Assembly (NCBI RefSeq): GCF_004010195.1
Contig: NC_057750.1
Location: forward strand, 5,194,159 to 5,251,805
Length of the DNA: 57,647 nt
Origin: Chiloscyllium plagiosum
Taxonomy: Eukaryota
Direction: 5' to 3'
This document shows, in pieces, positions 24,313 to 36,763 of the stretch. Both the position numbers and the translations under genes were made by a program. Position 1 is the first letter of the stretch. The number at the start of each line of letters is the position of its first letter. The notes under the pieces are model-generated. The model searched no databases, had not been told where the DNA came from, and saw nothing but the letters and a program-made list of their open reading frames with translations.

Positions 24313-26312
24313 TCAACAAATAACCCCCCCACCCCGCAGCAACTCCAATCCCAGTTGACTCCAAACAATCATCTGGATCTCAGGAACCCTTTGATTTTTA
24401 AAATCCCTGCATTGCTCTGCTTCCATCTTCTGCCCCGCTCCTTCCTCCAACCCTCTTGATAACTGTGCACAATGCAGTGTTAACACAGGATAAACTGCTG
24501 AGAGAATAAACTGATACAGGACATTCAGGAGGTAATAAATGGGCAGTTACAAACGTTCTTTCATTGCTACTTCCCTGGAGATTTTACAGGGTTCCAATGC
24601 ACTTTGAACCAAATGACCCCCATCTCCATCCTGATCCTGTGACAATCAAGACTTCTCTTTTTCTAGTCACCAGGGCTGGATTGAACAGAATATCTTGGTG
24701 GTTGAGGATGTGGTGAAAAAAGACCACAGGAGGTTGTATACAACTACCAAGCTTCTGAAACCACTAAAACATATCATTTGTTTGTTTGCATAATCTAGTT
24801 TCCTTAATAAAAGGGACGCTTCCAAAGTCCAAACAAAACTCGCATCTCCCATCCAAAAGGAGAAAAAAAACTGGAAAGGTTAAACATTTGGAGAACAGGG
24901 ACTGCTTTCCCTTCGTCAGAAAGTAAAAGGATTTAATTTTGGTTTGAAAGTGAATCAAATCATGAAATTAAATAAATGGACATGTGGGTCAAAATTAAGG
25001 GCAGCACTTTTGTGCACGGTCTTAAATTGCAACTTGGAGGGATCCTACATTGCCACTGGTGTTCCTCACTCGAGAGATTACTGAACACTCTGGTATTTAA
25101 AAAGTCACAACTCGTTTATTTTGGGTTTCTGTTCATGTTCTCATGACTCTATAAATGGAAAATAGACTTTTTTTTTTAAAAAAAAGCGTTCCATGGTACA
25201 CGCGGGTCAATATCGCCTACTGATATGAAAAGCAAACATGTGACTATTACTGATCACCTGACATTCCCAAGGCATTGCTGCAGTGCCAACAACTCCCATT
25301 TTAATGTCATGAGCAAGTATGGACAGAGGTCCCTGCTATCTCCTCTAAAAACCCTATCCAGTACCATTCTTCAAGAGATGCCCTGCTTTCCCAAAACCTC
25401 CCGAGATTCTTTCATTTCTTTTGCTCATACGTGTTCCTTGCCTCAAGTCTCAAAAATACTTGAAATCATTGAAACATTCAATATTTCACAGAGGACTCTA
25501 GGCTAAGGTCATGGCCACCTTTTTCTTTAATAGGAGAACCCTACTGTGCTCATCCATTTAAAGGAAAGAGAAATCTGAGAGTAGATTTGGGTTAACTTCA
25601 GTGACAGGCAATTTTGAGCCTGATGGGAGGAAAATCTTACTCTCACAGGACTCCTAACATTTGAAATTAAGCTTCAGGGAGAGGGTAAAGAAAATTTGCA
25701 AGACAGCTGGAATCCCTGAACTGAAGTGATGAATAAGTTGAGACAGGCTGACTGTCCCCCTCGTGTTTGCGTCATCTCAAGATGGGCCATCAGATTTCTA
25801 CATGGGTGGAATTGATTGGAAAAGGAACACAAATGTTGGCTGAAGCGAAGTCACTTGTCAATGACTCCCAGTGGACAAGATTCTCAGTGCTGTTTTTGCC
25901 ATGAGGCTAAGCCAATTACAAGTCGGCCATTTCTCCAAATGAAGGAGAAACGAGGAAAGGGGCAAGAAAAGTAACAGGTCACCCATCAACATTCCATTCT
26001 CATGAATGTCTTGCAGAAGAATCCACTGGCAAACCTCAGAGTCAGATGCCTAACTCTTACAGACTTCCATCAGGGCACCAGACAGACAAAGGTATATTTG
26101 AGAGGAAAAGTGGTAATTATACAATGTAGTACACTCCAAATGCAACAATAGTCATATAGACAAATGCAAGAATGGGTTTGGGGGGGAAATAAGGGACATC
26201 TCTTTCCCTCTGACTTAGCCAGTCATGGATTTTGACACTTGGGAATATTCCAAGGGTTTTGTGACAACTAACAACCCTGTACCTCAGTGCACTTGACAGG
26301 TACAGAATAAAG

Positions 26313-26497
26313 TGGAGGTGACGGCCTAGTGGTATTGTTGCTGGACTAGCAATCCATGGAATGTTCTGGGGTTAGGGGTTCAAATATAACCATGGCAGAT
26401 GTTGGAATTTGAATCCAATTTTTTTCTTAAAACCTGTAATTAAAAGTCTAACGATTGTCGTAAAAATTTAACTGGTTAACTCGTGAGAAGGAAACTG
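26313..26497 (+). mobile_element. SINE family 2, 5' part
   Basis: ggaggtgacggcctagtggtatt...ggggttcaaat head. Confidence 0.65.
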
Positions 26498-26954
26498 CGT
26501 GATGGTGGTGAGGCAAGAGGGAAAGAGGGGGGAGAGGACGAGAGGGCAAGGGAGAGGGCCTTGAAATATTTTCTTCTTGATACATCATAAAGCAGCTTGA
26601 ACATCTAAAGCTGACAACTCACTGGTCAGACAACAATCGGACTTCTGAAAAATATTTCAGAAACTTTCAGGAGGTACACCAGATACAAAGGAATCAATTT
26701 TAACTGCTGTGCCCATTGTGGAAACTGAAAGGACCAGATGACTTTAGCTCCATGTGATTTTAAAAGTAGATCTCTTGATCGTGAGCAATAGACATCTGGC
26801 AGTTTAGTTAAATTACAGCCCTTCCAATCCCAATCTGTGATGTAAAATATTTATCTACCTCCCTACCATGCTTCAAATAATTGCTGAATTAGGGAAGTGA
26901 ACCTCATTGCTCAAACCATTACCTAGACCCAACACTTCATACAAAAAGGTGAAG

Positions 26955-27550
26955 GCCATTCAGCCCAAGCCTGTCATGCTATTCAATCAGATCGTAGCTG
27001 ATCTTGGATTCTCAATGCCACTTACCTGCACCACCTCCTTAATGCCTTTTGTCCCCAGAAAGATATGGATTTCTGTCTGGAGCCTGTTCAATGATATCAA
27101 TTCCACAGTTCTCAGTGGAATTCAAAAGATTTAGAGTGAAGAAATTCCTCATCTCTGCCTTAAATTGGCTACCCCAAATCCTGTTTCCCCAGCCAGGGGG
27201 AAGGTCCAACATCCAATCTATTAAGCTCTTAAGAATTTTATCAGTTTTAATTAGATCACCTCTCATTCTACAAAGCTCTATGGAATACATACCTCAATCC
27301 TCCTCACAGGACGATCCTGCAATCCCAGGGATCAGTCTGGTGAAGCAGCGATGAACTCCCTTTAACAAATATACTCTTCCCCAAGTAAAGAGACCAAAAG
27401 TGTACATAATACTCCAGGTGTGGATTCAGCAAAGTTCCATGCAACTGCAGAGATATAATTACTCTTGTATTGAAATCCCCTCGAAATGAAGGGCAACATA
27501 CTGTTTGCCTTCCTAATTGCTGGCTGCACCTGCATGTAAGCTTTAGCAAG
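26955..27550 (-). mobile_element. Decayed CR1 3' fragment
   Basis: KANSML.FISRG.QYKS, PHLEYYVHFWS and RMRGDLIKT motifs. Confidence 0.8.
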
Positions 27551-27847
27551 CATCACTATCCCCTCAATCTCGCCTCAGGCTTGGTAATTTCATCAAAAAT
27601 ACTAGAGGATGCATTCTTGGTCAATACTGGTCTGGCTGTTGTTTAAATAAATAGTACTGCCAATGCGGGGAAAAAAACCCAGTAAATATTCAAAAGTGCC
27701 TTGATTTCTGCAGTGATATCTGGGGCAATAGATTTAATCAGCTAACTAATATGCTGGGGTTTACAGGTAATGGGTCAGCCTGTCTACTTAATAGCCCTAG
27801 AACAAAACCCTGGTTTTTTTTTTGGGTTTTCAAAGTGAATCTTGTTT

Positions 27848-27853
27848 TTTATT
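27848..27853 (-). promoter_or_regulatory. Candidate AATAAA polyadenylation signal for BTBD7-like
   Basis: AATAAA on the minus strand at the end of an AT-rich unique tract, about 2.1 kb past the stop. Other AATAAA candidates at 29894, 25095 and 22613. Confidence 0.3.
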
Positions 27854-29039
27854 AAATACCAAAAACAAAACACCATTTCAAAGACCATTTTCTCACACAG
27901 GGGAAACAGAGGAAAAGACTTGACAAACAGGATGTTTTAGAAAAAGACAATACAACTTGTAGATGCAGAGTTTTTAAAGTTGATATATCATATAAAAATA
28001 TATTCAAAACATAATTTTAACTTCAAGGAGCCTAAATAAAAACCACCCCCTCTCAAAAGCATTGTAAGTGTTTAGAAGCAACTTAGAGATAGTTAAAGGG
28101 ATGGGTTAAGTGGGCTATTGTAACCTTGGAAATACAAGACCTAGATACAAAGGATGGGAGAGAATTCCCAGTAGTGTAGTGTTGTCGTACCATACTCCTC
28201 TGAAAAATAACTGCCATCAAATTGAGGCGTTTCATTGTTCGGCGCTCTCAACTCAACCCTGTCAAAATTTCTCCCACCACCAGTGACAGATCTGTACCCA
28301 CTGGTGCAGATGTTACATTAACTCTAATGTTACATTAATCCAAAAACTCGTACTAAACAGAAGGCAGAATCGGTAACTGCACGGGGTGGGCTCAGCATGA
28401 AAATCTCACCCATTCCTGGCGCGATCTCTGCCTCTGGTTGACCTTCCCTGCTGGTTACAGGTTGAGATGCCTTTGTATTTTCACGGGATAAGCGAGTTAG
28501 GAAACCATTACATAATAGAGATGGTAACTCTTCCACCCCTCACCCGTCAATAATTAACAAACTTCTTGTGAACAAAAGTGACGGGCTGAATCAAATTTAA
28601 GAAATTCATAGCTAACTTCAAGAGAAGCATTTTCTTTCAGCCCATTTCCCTACCTCTGGTGACAGAATGCTGTTGTTGAAATGAGAGGACCACCAACTCA
28701 AAGACTTACTTTTATTCCTTCCTCTGAAAGACCCTTCTCCTTGACATGGCGAGAGCAGTGCCCTAACACGTGGTTTGTTTTTCTTAATTTAACACCACCC
28801 AAACAGAAGACAGTCATGAGAAACCTGTTTGGATTAGGCGCAGAGTACAAGCTAGTTTTTGTTTTGTTTTCATGGCAAATGGTTTGACGAGAGATAAGAT
28901 CAGCCGAGAGTGAGTAGTCTCTCCCCTTATTTGAAGGCTCAGAATAGGATTTGGCTTCATTCTCACAGACAAACGACATCTTTCTTTGTGCGTAATGCAC
29001 AGAATGCTCAGGTGTGCATTACAAGAAGAGGAGAGACGT

Positions 29040-29480
29040 TCTTTATTCATGGATGCGGGCACCACAGGCAAGGCCAGTATTTGCTGCCCATCCTTAATTG
29101 CCCCTTGAATGGAGTGGGTTCCAAAGCCATTTCAGAGGATCTGGTGTCAGAGGACAAGGATGGCAGATTTCCTTCCCTAAGAGAGCTGAGAGAATCAGAT
29201 GAGTTTTTACAACAATCTACCATAGTTTCATGATCACCATCACAGACTAGCTTCATATTCCAAATTCATTAATTGGAATTTAAATTCCACCAGCTGAAGT
29301 GCAGGGATTTGAACCCATTTCCCCAGAACATTAACCTGGGCTCCAGGATTGCTTGTCCTGTGACAGAGGTATGGCTGACTCAACTGCCCTCCAAAATGAC
29401 CTGGCAAACCCCTCAGTTCAAGGGCAAATAAGATGGGTAATGAATACAAGCCTGCCAGCAACACTTACTCCAATGAAAAG
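29040..29480. mobile_element. SINE family 2 copy (minus) followed by an inverted 3' piece, in the putative 3'UTR
   Basis: Matches 2030-2487; 29370-29480 is tail sequence on the plus strand. Confidence 0.65.
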
Positions 29481-29989
29481 AATTTAAAAAGAAAGCTCAT
29501 TCCACTTTTTAAAAAAATCTTGGTTACTTGTCAAAATGTCTCAGCCGTCGGTTCAGGGACGTGCAGAACAGACTCCCCTCCTGAATTAGCCTCCTTGCGA
29601 GGCATGCCTGCCTAATGTGGCCCTGTCCTTAAGGGGTAGCACAGGTTGAGAATGGGCTATTCAGAGGCATCACCAACCTGAAATCAATGCTCAGCCTTTA
29701 CAAACAGAAAATCAATGGAAAACAAACAAATCAATGGTCCCCAGCCTCAATGTGATATGCCACCCGTCCCCCTGACAAAAGATTCATCAGATCACTCAGG
29801 GTCTTCTAACGTTCTTTTGAGTGGATCAGATACTTTGCAATACAGTCAAAGATGAACCAAAGCCATAGAATAGCTCTGGTTGCACCATATCATTTTATTT
29901 CCATTTACTGGATACCCTTTGGAGAAGGTGGAGGGGAAATAAAAGAAAGAAATATAAAATGCAACAGACTAGTAATACAAATATGAAAT

Positions 29990-31090
29990 TTATAGAGCTG
30001 ATTTTTTGTAAGGAAAGTCTCTAGTCTCAGATTTACTTGGCTGTCTCTTGGAGTTAACGCTATGGGTGATGCAACAGTTTGATGGTGAGAGGAGGTTTGT
30101 GTCGGCTAGTCTTCTTCCAGAGGAGTCCTCGAAAACTGAGATTAATGGCACACCAACACTAGGGCTGGTAGGAAGACTGCAAGTCAAATCTGTCGTCATT
30201 GCCACACCATTGCCACCCCTCCGGTAAAGATAATCACAACAGCTCGGCTCTGGGGAGGAAAGGACGTCCGATTTTACCGTGGTCTGTGGGGAGCTCCGTT
30301 GTCTTGACTGAGAAGCCGGTAGGTCGCAAGTTAGAAATGAGCACTTGATTGGGGACGCAAGTCTAGGTCTGGGTTTCTGCTCTTCTGCTGGCAAACCATG
30401 TATCAAATCTGTCCCCATTAAAGTCCCACCAGAGGTGGCTTTATAACCAGCTGGATCCAACGGAAGTTGCTGGTCAGATCTTCCAAGCTGTTGAGGAGTG
30501 TCAAGCAGCCGTTCCTCATGGGCTGGTAAACCATGGGTCAAATCTGTGCCAGCACTACAATGGACCTCTACTGTAGACGATGGGTCAAGTTTTACCAAAG
30601 TCCTCTTAAGTTCAGGCTTCTCCTGAGGATCTACAGATTCACTGCTCAAGGCCTCTTTCCTTTTGGATGGTGACGTGGGGGTGATCTGGCCTTGCTTCAA
30701 ACCAGCAGGGGACCGAGAATTATTCTTCAGGTCCTGACAGAAAGCAAGGCCCTTTGAAGGGGAAGGAGAAGGGGAAGGCAACTTTTGGGGCAACACAGAA
30801 GTTTGGCAAGAATCTTCAGGGGAAAAATCATAAAAATCAGGGTAGTTCCAGAAGTCTACGTGTCTTCGAGGTTTCTGGCCTCGTGAGTGTTTCTTCTTCC
30901 TTAAGCTGTACTTACTGATACCCCGGTTCGTGCAGAGCAGTTCAGACGATTCCATGGGGGGCTCTGTAGAATCGCGAACAGAGTCAGTGATGGGCTTACA
31001 CAGCTCAGGGTCCTTGGAACTTAAATTCTGCTTTGACCCAGCTGCCATGGCAATGTCAGGCATCAAGTCTTTAACCAAACTTTTGGAACT
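29990..31090 (-). CDS. BTBD7: BTBD7-like terminal coding exon (1101 nt including TAA)
   Basis: Contains DLMPDIA, YPDFYDFS, SGRRLAD and ends DFPYKKSAL*, all recalled BTBD7 C-terminal motifs. Acceptor ttgacttcacag keeps phase 0; an in-frame TAA lies just upstream. Confidence 0.9.
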   Translation of the reverse strand, partial: SSKSLVKDLMPDIAMAAGSKQNLSSKDPELCKPITDSVRDSTEPPMESSELLCTNRGISKYSLRKKKHSRGQKPRRHVDFWNYPDFYDFSPEDSCQTSVLPQKLPSPSPSPSKGLAFCQDLKNNSRSPAGLKQGQITPTSPSKRKEALSSESVDPQEKPELKRTLVKLDPSSTVEVHCSAGTDLTHGLPAHEERLLDTPQQLGRSDQQLPLDPAGYKATSGGTLMGTDLIHGLPAEEQKPRPRLASPIKCSFLTCDLPASQSRQRSSPQTTVKSDVLSSPEPSCCDYLYRRGGNGVAMTTDLTCSLPTSPSVGVPLISVFEDSSGRRLADTNLLSPSNCCITHSVNSKRQPSKSETRDFPYKKSAL

Positions 31091-31439
31091 CTGTGAAGTC
31101 AAACAGTTAAATTAGTCTATAGGAAGTACCAAAGCAAATCCAGACTAGAAAAGAACTAGAGATATTGCAAATGTGCCTACACACTGGTTTTAATGTTATT
31201 GTAAATATAGAGATACTGCATTGCCATCACTGGTGGGAAGATGTAATTACAGTATGACTAATTTTCATACATAAATTTCCATTAATAAAATATGAAGCAG
31301 AGAATTTAAGGGAATTATTAAAAATGTTATTACTGTCTGCACTCATTCAATTATTCTCACCCGAAAAACTAAAGCTGATCTCGCCTCATCTACATATAAT
31401 CTCACCTAACATCAAGTAGTTAAATATTAAACGTGTTGA

Positions 31440-31750
31440 GGAAACAATGGTAAATGCATTTATTATTGAGTCTTCCACAATGGCCAAAATGATTTATAGC
31501 CAAATGAGCACTTTTGATGAATAGACTCTGTCAGAATGTAGGGAAAAATGGTAGCCAATCATATACATTGTCGCACAGAACCTTGAAGATGAATATTGAA
31601 GAGCTCTAGTGACAATGGTTAAAGGACAAATAGGAGTCAGAATACCAAGAGAGTTCATTTGCCCTTCTTTGGATGGTATTTATTTTATGGTCACTTGAAA
31701 GAGTGGAAAAGGTCTTGATTTAACAGCATAGTTAAATCTCTCTTTTTCCA
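31440..31750 (-). mobile_element. Decayed DeuSINE (SacSINE1-like)
   Basis: Reverse-complement similarity to 44040-44265 and 45258-45720. Confidence 0.45.
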
Positions 31751-31776
31751 GCCATCCCTGACAATTAGAACATTAA

Positions 31777-32115
31777 CTGTATAGCACAGGAACAATAAGC
31801 CAAATTAAACAAATCCCTTCTGCTTGACCTTTGTTCATATCCTGCCATTCCTTGCTTATTCATGTGCTTATCCAAAAGTCCCTTAATCACCCCTATCGTA
31901 TTTGCCTCCACTACTACCCTGGCAATGCATTCCAGACTCCTACCACTTTTTATAAAAAAACCTTTCCCTCACATCTCCTTTGAACTTTCCCACTCTCACC
32001 TTAAATGCATGCCCCAATATTAGACATTTCAACTCTGGGAAAAAGACTGACCATCAACCCTACCACTGCATCTTAATTTGATAGACTTCTATCAAGTCTT
32101 CCCTTGGCCTCCAGA
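31777..32115 (-). mobile_element. CR1 3' fragment
   Basis: Tail and WNALPG region. Confidence 0.75.
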
Positions 32116-32526
32116 GTTCTGACCAAGATCCATTAATTGAACACAAATTGGGAAGGGCAGCCGGGTCCATTTCTGGTCTGACTGAGTACCTTGTGCTTGC
32201 CTGCTTTTGTTTAAAATCAATGGAGTCACTGAGGCTGGGAAAAAAGACAGTTCATTTTGAACAGATGCACTGACTGGTGTAATGAGGAACATGCACTCGT
32301 TAAAGGGAAAAAAAACCTCCAATTAATTAGCATTGTTCATGATCTCAGGATGTTCCAAAGCACTTTGTGACTAATGAAGTAATTTTGAAGTGTAATTACT
32401 ATTATGATATTGGAGGCAGCATACAAAGAAAATGGTGCCATTTACTATCACTGTAAACCTAGTCAATTTTGCTCTGATAACAATAGGAAGGATTCTACTG
32501 CAGAGATCAGCTACAGCGATGCAATT

Positions 32527-32661
32527 CATTCCTGATGGAGGGCTCCTGCCTGAAACGTCAATATTCCTGCTCCTCCAATGCTGCCTGACCTGCTGTGCAT
32601 TTCCAGCACCGCTCTAATCTTGACTCGAATCTCCAGCATCTGCAATCCTCACTTTCACCTC
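32527..32661 (+). mobile_element. PLE family B remnant
   Basis: attcctgatggagggctcctgcctgaaacgtc...ctccagcatctgcaatcctcac. Confidence 0.75.
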
Positions 32662-32748
32662 CAACAATGCAATGCCCAACATCAGCATCAGTGAGATACC
32701 AGACAGACATTCACCAATCAGAAGCTAGGAGTGTACACTTATACTTAC

Positions 32749-33123
32749 AGAGACCTGCTCCTCATGGGTCAAATGGTTGTCAGTGGGCTCCTCGCAGTTT
32801 ATAGCCCTGATAGATGCCTGGACCGCCTGTTCTGAAGTTCGAGCGCCAGAATGTGGCTGTTGGTTAGTACGTAAAGCACAGTATGAGGTAGGCTGGCTGT
32901 CTTCTTTCTTTTCACTGGGCTGTGCGCGGTCTCTTCTAGGCGTTGGAGGGAGATGGTAAGGAGGAGGTGGTGGTGGGAGAGGCGGGCTGAAATTCCTGAA
33001 GGGGTCCAGGGTCAGGATGTTGGTTTCTTTGACTGGAGTGGTCCGTCGAGAGTTTGGCTGGCGTTTTGGGAAGGTCGGGCTATCAATGCCAAGGTGCTCA
33101 TTAGGAAAATATACCGCGGGATA
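32749..33123 (-). CDS. BTBD7: BTBD7-like penultimate coding exon (375 nt, phase 0 to 0)
   Basis: YPAVYFPNEHLGIDSP...FSPPLPPPPPPYHLPPTP vs recalled FFPDERFGDESP...FHPPLPPPPPPYHPPATP. Acceptor ccatttcag, donor GTAAGT at 32748. A weaker in-frame CAG|GTCTCT lies 6 nt upstream. Confidence 0.88.
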
Positions 33124-34604
33124 CTGAAATGGAAAGAAATAAAACAGTAAAATAAAAGGAACACTGTACATCTTAAAACTAAATCAGCTTTGAAGCAAAT
33201 CTGCCGCTAAAGGGTACAGTGGGTCAGTTAACATTGGAAAGGAAAGGCTAATATTTCAAATCACAACTGTCAGAACTCTGACATGCTCTGTGCCAGGGCA
33301 TGAAGCATTTAAAAGACTCAGACCTTTGTATGACACCAGGGGAGAAAAATGACAAGTGTGGCTGGGGAAGCAGAGGAAAGTGTCATTGAGAAGGTTGGCG
33401 AGTTTAGAGACTTGTTGGCAGACAGAAGGATGGAAAATATACTGAGTTTCACTTGTACAAAGCTAAACCCACCTGAAGAACAGCTGATGAAGCCACTCTC
33501 AAAAGAAAAGAAATAAACATTTAAAGAAGCCACACAGCTGCCAGACCACAGTGCAAGCCCCACTGTTACGTCAGAGTTCCCGGCCCAAGAACCTGTTTTG
33601 GAGGGGGGGTTCACAACTTCACCACTTGGGAACCCCTGGTCTACACTCAAACAGCAAATATCCCTTTCTCTTTCCTGCTTCCAACATGCTTGTTCCTTTT
33701 AAGTTCCTTTATTCATTCTTTGAACAATGATTCTGGAGTGAAGGCTGGAATGTCTGAGGTATTTATCATCACTTCTCAAACTATAAGGCTTTTGCTCAAG
33801 AACAATTTGCAGTGGTCTTTTGTGACGCTCCGAACATTTTAAAATAAAATGAATACGTGGATGTAATAAGGCAATTCCCAGAATCAAACAAAATTTAACA
33901 CAAAGGCAACCAAGACTGAAGCACAAGAGGTAGGTTTTAAAGAGGTTATTAAAAGGAAGTGGGTCAGGGAGGTTTACTGAGGGAGTTTCAGAGCTTAGGG
34001 TCAGGGAGCTGAGGTCACGAGCTGAGGTGGAGTAAGGGAATCAGGATGTGTAAGAGGACAGAAGTGGAGGACTTCAAAGATCTCAGAAGAAGCAAGTGGA
34101 AAGAATCCGTGAACAACATTAAACCACAAAGAAAATTTTAGAGCTTAAAGAAACTTCAAAATTTAGTACCACTAGATGTCTTCTATATGAAAAGTTAATT
34201 TTAAAACATTTATTTGGCTAAAAGTGGAAAATCTTTAAGGGGAAGCTAGATAAGCCAATAAGGGAGAAAGAAGTAGAGGATACACGAATGTAATTGAGTG
34301 AGAAAGGAAGAAACACTTGAATCTTTAAGGAGGCTCACATGGAGCATGGGGCCAAATGGTCTCATTGCCACTCACCATCATAGCATAGTGCAAGTATCAC
34401 TGGAATAGCAATCCAGAGGACCTAGCTACGGATTTGGAGACGAGGGTTCAAACCCCACCTTGGCAATGGATGGCACATAAAATCAATTGATTAGTCTGGA
34501 ATATAGGGGGACTTTCATGACCGAGTTGTAGTGTTCCTACTTCTGAGCCAGAAAATCCGGGCTCAAATCCCACCTGCTCCAGATGTATAACATCATCTCT
34601 GGAG

Positions 34605-34925
34605 GAGCGGTACGGTGGCTCAGTGGTTAGCACTGCTGCTTCTTAGCACCAGGAACCCTGGGGCAATAGTTTGTGTGGAGTTTGCCCATTCTCCCTGTGC
34701 CTGCACGAGTTTCCTCTCTCATCCAAAGACATGCAGCTAGGTGGATTGGTCAAACTGAATTGCCCCTTGTATCCAATGATATCCAGGCAAGGTGGGGTAA
34801 CCATGGGAAATGCAGGGTTACAGAGACAGGATTGAGTAGGGGGATGGATTTGGGTGGGATGCTCTTCAGATGGTCAGTGTGGAAGTGATGGGTCAAATGG
34901 CCTGCTTCTAAACCGTAGGATTCAA
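34605..34925 (+). mobile_element. HE1-type V-SINE nested in SINE family 2 (about 34385-35060)
   Basis: tRNA head, V-domain and tail. Confidence 0.8.
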
Positions 34926-35235
34926 TGAACAAGTTGATTGGAAAATATCTAGTCTGGAATATAAAGCTAGCCTCAGTAATGGTGACAACTATGATCAAAC
35001 GTATGCCGTTTAGGTAAGGAAATCTCACCTAGAACCATCTCCACACTCACAACAAGCTGGTTGACACTCCGTTTACACATGGGAAAAGGGAAAGCTGTAT
35101 TAATGGAGTTGAGAGCTTAAACAACAGCATGGCTTTGTTAGGCTGAATGGCCTGTCTCTGTGGTTATGCGCCGCGCAGAGGTCAACAGCGGAGACAACAG
35201 CCAGACAATCAGATTCTATTGTGCTTCTTCAGTTC

Positions 35236-35254
35236 AGCCGCTAGATGGCAGCAG
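35236..35254 (+). promoter_or_regulatory. Candidate CTCF site
   Basis: agCCGCTAGATGGCAGCag matches the CTCF core consensus, in a small CpG-retaining patch. Confidence 0.5.
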
Positions 35255-35261
35255 AGCAGAG

Positions 35262-35451
35262 AGGTGCTCCGGTTTCCTCCCACAGTCCAAAGATGTGCAG
35301 GTTAGGTGAATTGGCCATGCTAATTTGCCCATAGTGTTAGGTGAAGGGTCAAATGTAGGGGAATGGGTCTGGGTGGGTTGCTCTTCGGAGGGTCAGTGTG
35401 GACTTGTTGGGCCGAAGGGCCTGTTTCCACACTAAGTAATCTAATCTAATC
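35262..35451 (+). mobile_element. 5'-truncated HE1-type SINE
   Basis: ggtgctccggtttcctcccacagtcc...(taatc)n. Confidence 0.88.
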
Positions 35452-35944
35452 AAAACCATGAAGGACTTCAGTCATTGATACAGGCAACGTGGCAGGGTGA
35501 CTAAAAAAAACTTTTCACAGAATTTTTCATCTAAAAATACATGTGACAATAAATTTCTATTCTATTCTGAGAGCAGCAAAAAAGGGGGTTTACTCTCCAT
35601 CTGCAGTTCATTGCAGAGTTTGGGACTAGGGTGGAAAGAGTGAGAGAGGGGGCACTAAGCAAGATGGAAGAAGACAGCAAAAAAAAAATCAAGATTGTGA
35701 ACTCTCCACAAGAGGGAGCATGAGGCAAAGAGAACCATCTACGGAAAGCAGTGTTTAATGAGGTTTTGAAAAGGTTTGTAGCTCAGGTTGTGGGTGAATT
35801 ATTTAATTAATTACACCAGTAAACTACTGACATACCAAAATTTAATTTTTTGCATTTCTGATTGGGCTTTTAAGCTAGTTTGATCCACCGGGTTGACCAT
35901 GCAATAGAATAAGTGGTCTCCAGTAAACTGGGGCTCCAACAGTG

Positions 35945-36122
35945 TGGGCTGAAAATGTATTGCTGGAACAGCGCAGCAGATCAGGCAGCATCCAGGGAAC
36001 AGGAGAATCGACGTTTCGGGCATAAGCCCTTCTTCAGGGAAACGTCGATTCTTCTGTTCCCTGACCTGCTGCGCTGTTCCAGCAACACATTTTCAGCTCT
36101 GATCTCCAGCCCTCACTTTCTC
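35945..36122. mobile_element. PLE family B fold-back element
   Basis: Inverted arms; the minus strand has an intact CTGAAGAagggcttatgcccGAAAcgtc. Confidence 0.8.
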
Positions 36123-36165
36123 CGCTCCAACAGTGTGGCAACTCAAGTCAAAACACCCATGCATG

Positions 36166-36186
36166 GTGTGTGTGTGTGAGGGGGGG

Positions 36187-36216
<30 letters not shown>
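36166..36216 (+). repeat. (GT)n/(GA)n microsatellite
   Basis: Directly visible. Confidence 0.9.
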
Positions 36217-36222
<6 letters not shown>

Positions 36223-36582
36223 AGAAAAAAAGTCAAATTAGAATAAAAACACCCATCTGATTGCTGCTTGTAGTATCACATCTGTGTGCTAAATTGGTGT
36301 TTTAAATGCAGGAAGCTTACTAAATTGGCACAATCCAGAACAATGCAGATCAATTATGCACTGCTTATTTTCATAACTAGCTTCTGTAAAAACACTACAA
36401 AAAAAATCCAATCACTGCAACCAATTAAGATGTACAAGTAGCAGCTTCAGCTGGTGAATTCCTCAAGATTTATTTTTGCCTTCAGTTGATTAGATTCCAG
36501 CCTGATATACAAGAAGCAGCCCGCCTCTTCCAACCCAACCAGCACTGTCCCCTTTGCTACTGTTGCAAATGTAAAGAGTTAC

Positions 36583-36761
36583 CTTTAATAATTCAGTTGC
36601 TGCATCAGGAAGGCCAAACTCTCGGACCACGCGCAAGTACACTGCCCGGGTGACAGCAGCCCCAGCACCGATGTTTAAAGCATAAGCTCTCTGCACCTGG
36701 TCACCTTGCCAGATCTCCTTCAGCCGCCTAAACATGGTCTTAGCTACATCGATTGGAGGCA
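36583..36761 (-). CDS. BTBD7: BTBD7-like coding exon (179 nt, phase 1 to 0)
   Basis: VPPIDVAKTMFRRLKEIWQGDQVQRAYALNIGAGAAVTRAVYLRVVREFGLPDAATELLK, with the QVQRAYALN and REFGL motifs of BTBD7. Acceptor ctcccag, donor AAG|GTAACT. Confidence 0.92.
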
Positions 36762-36763
36762 CT

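Noticed and set aside
17450..29000. Search for UBR7, GON7 or LYSET remnants
   Set aside because: No recognisable coding similarity by eye; tBLASTn would be needed to exclude decayed exons.
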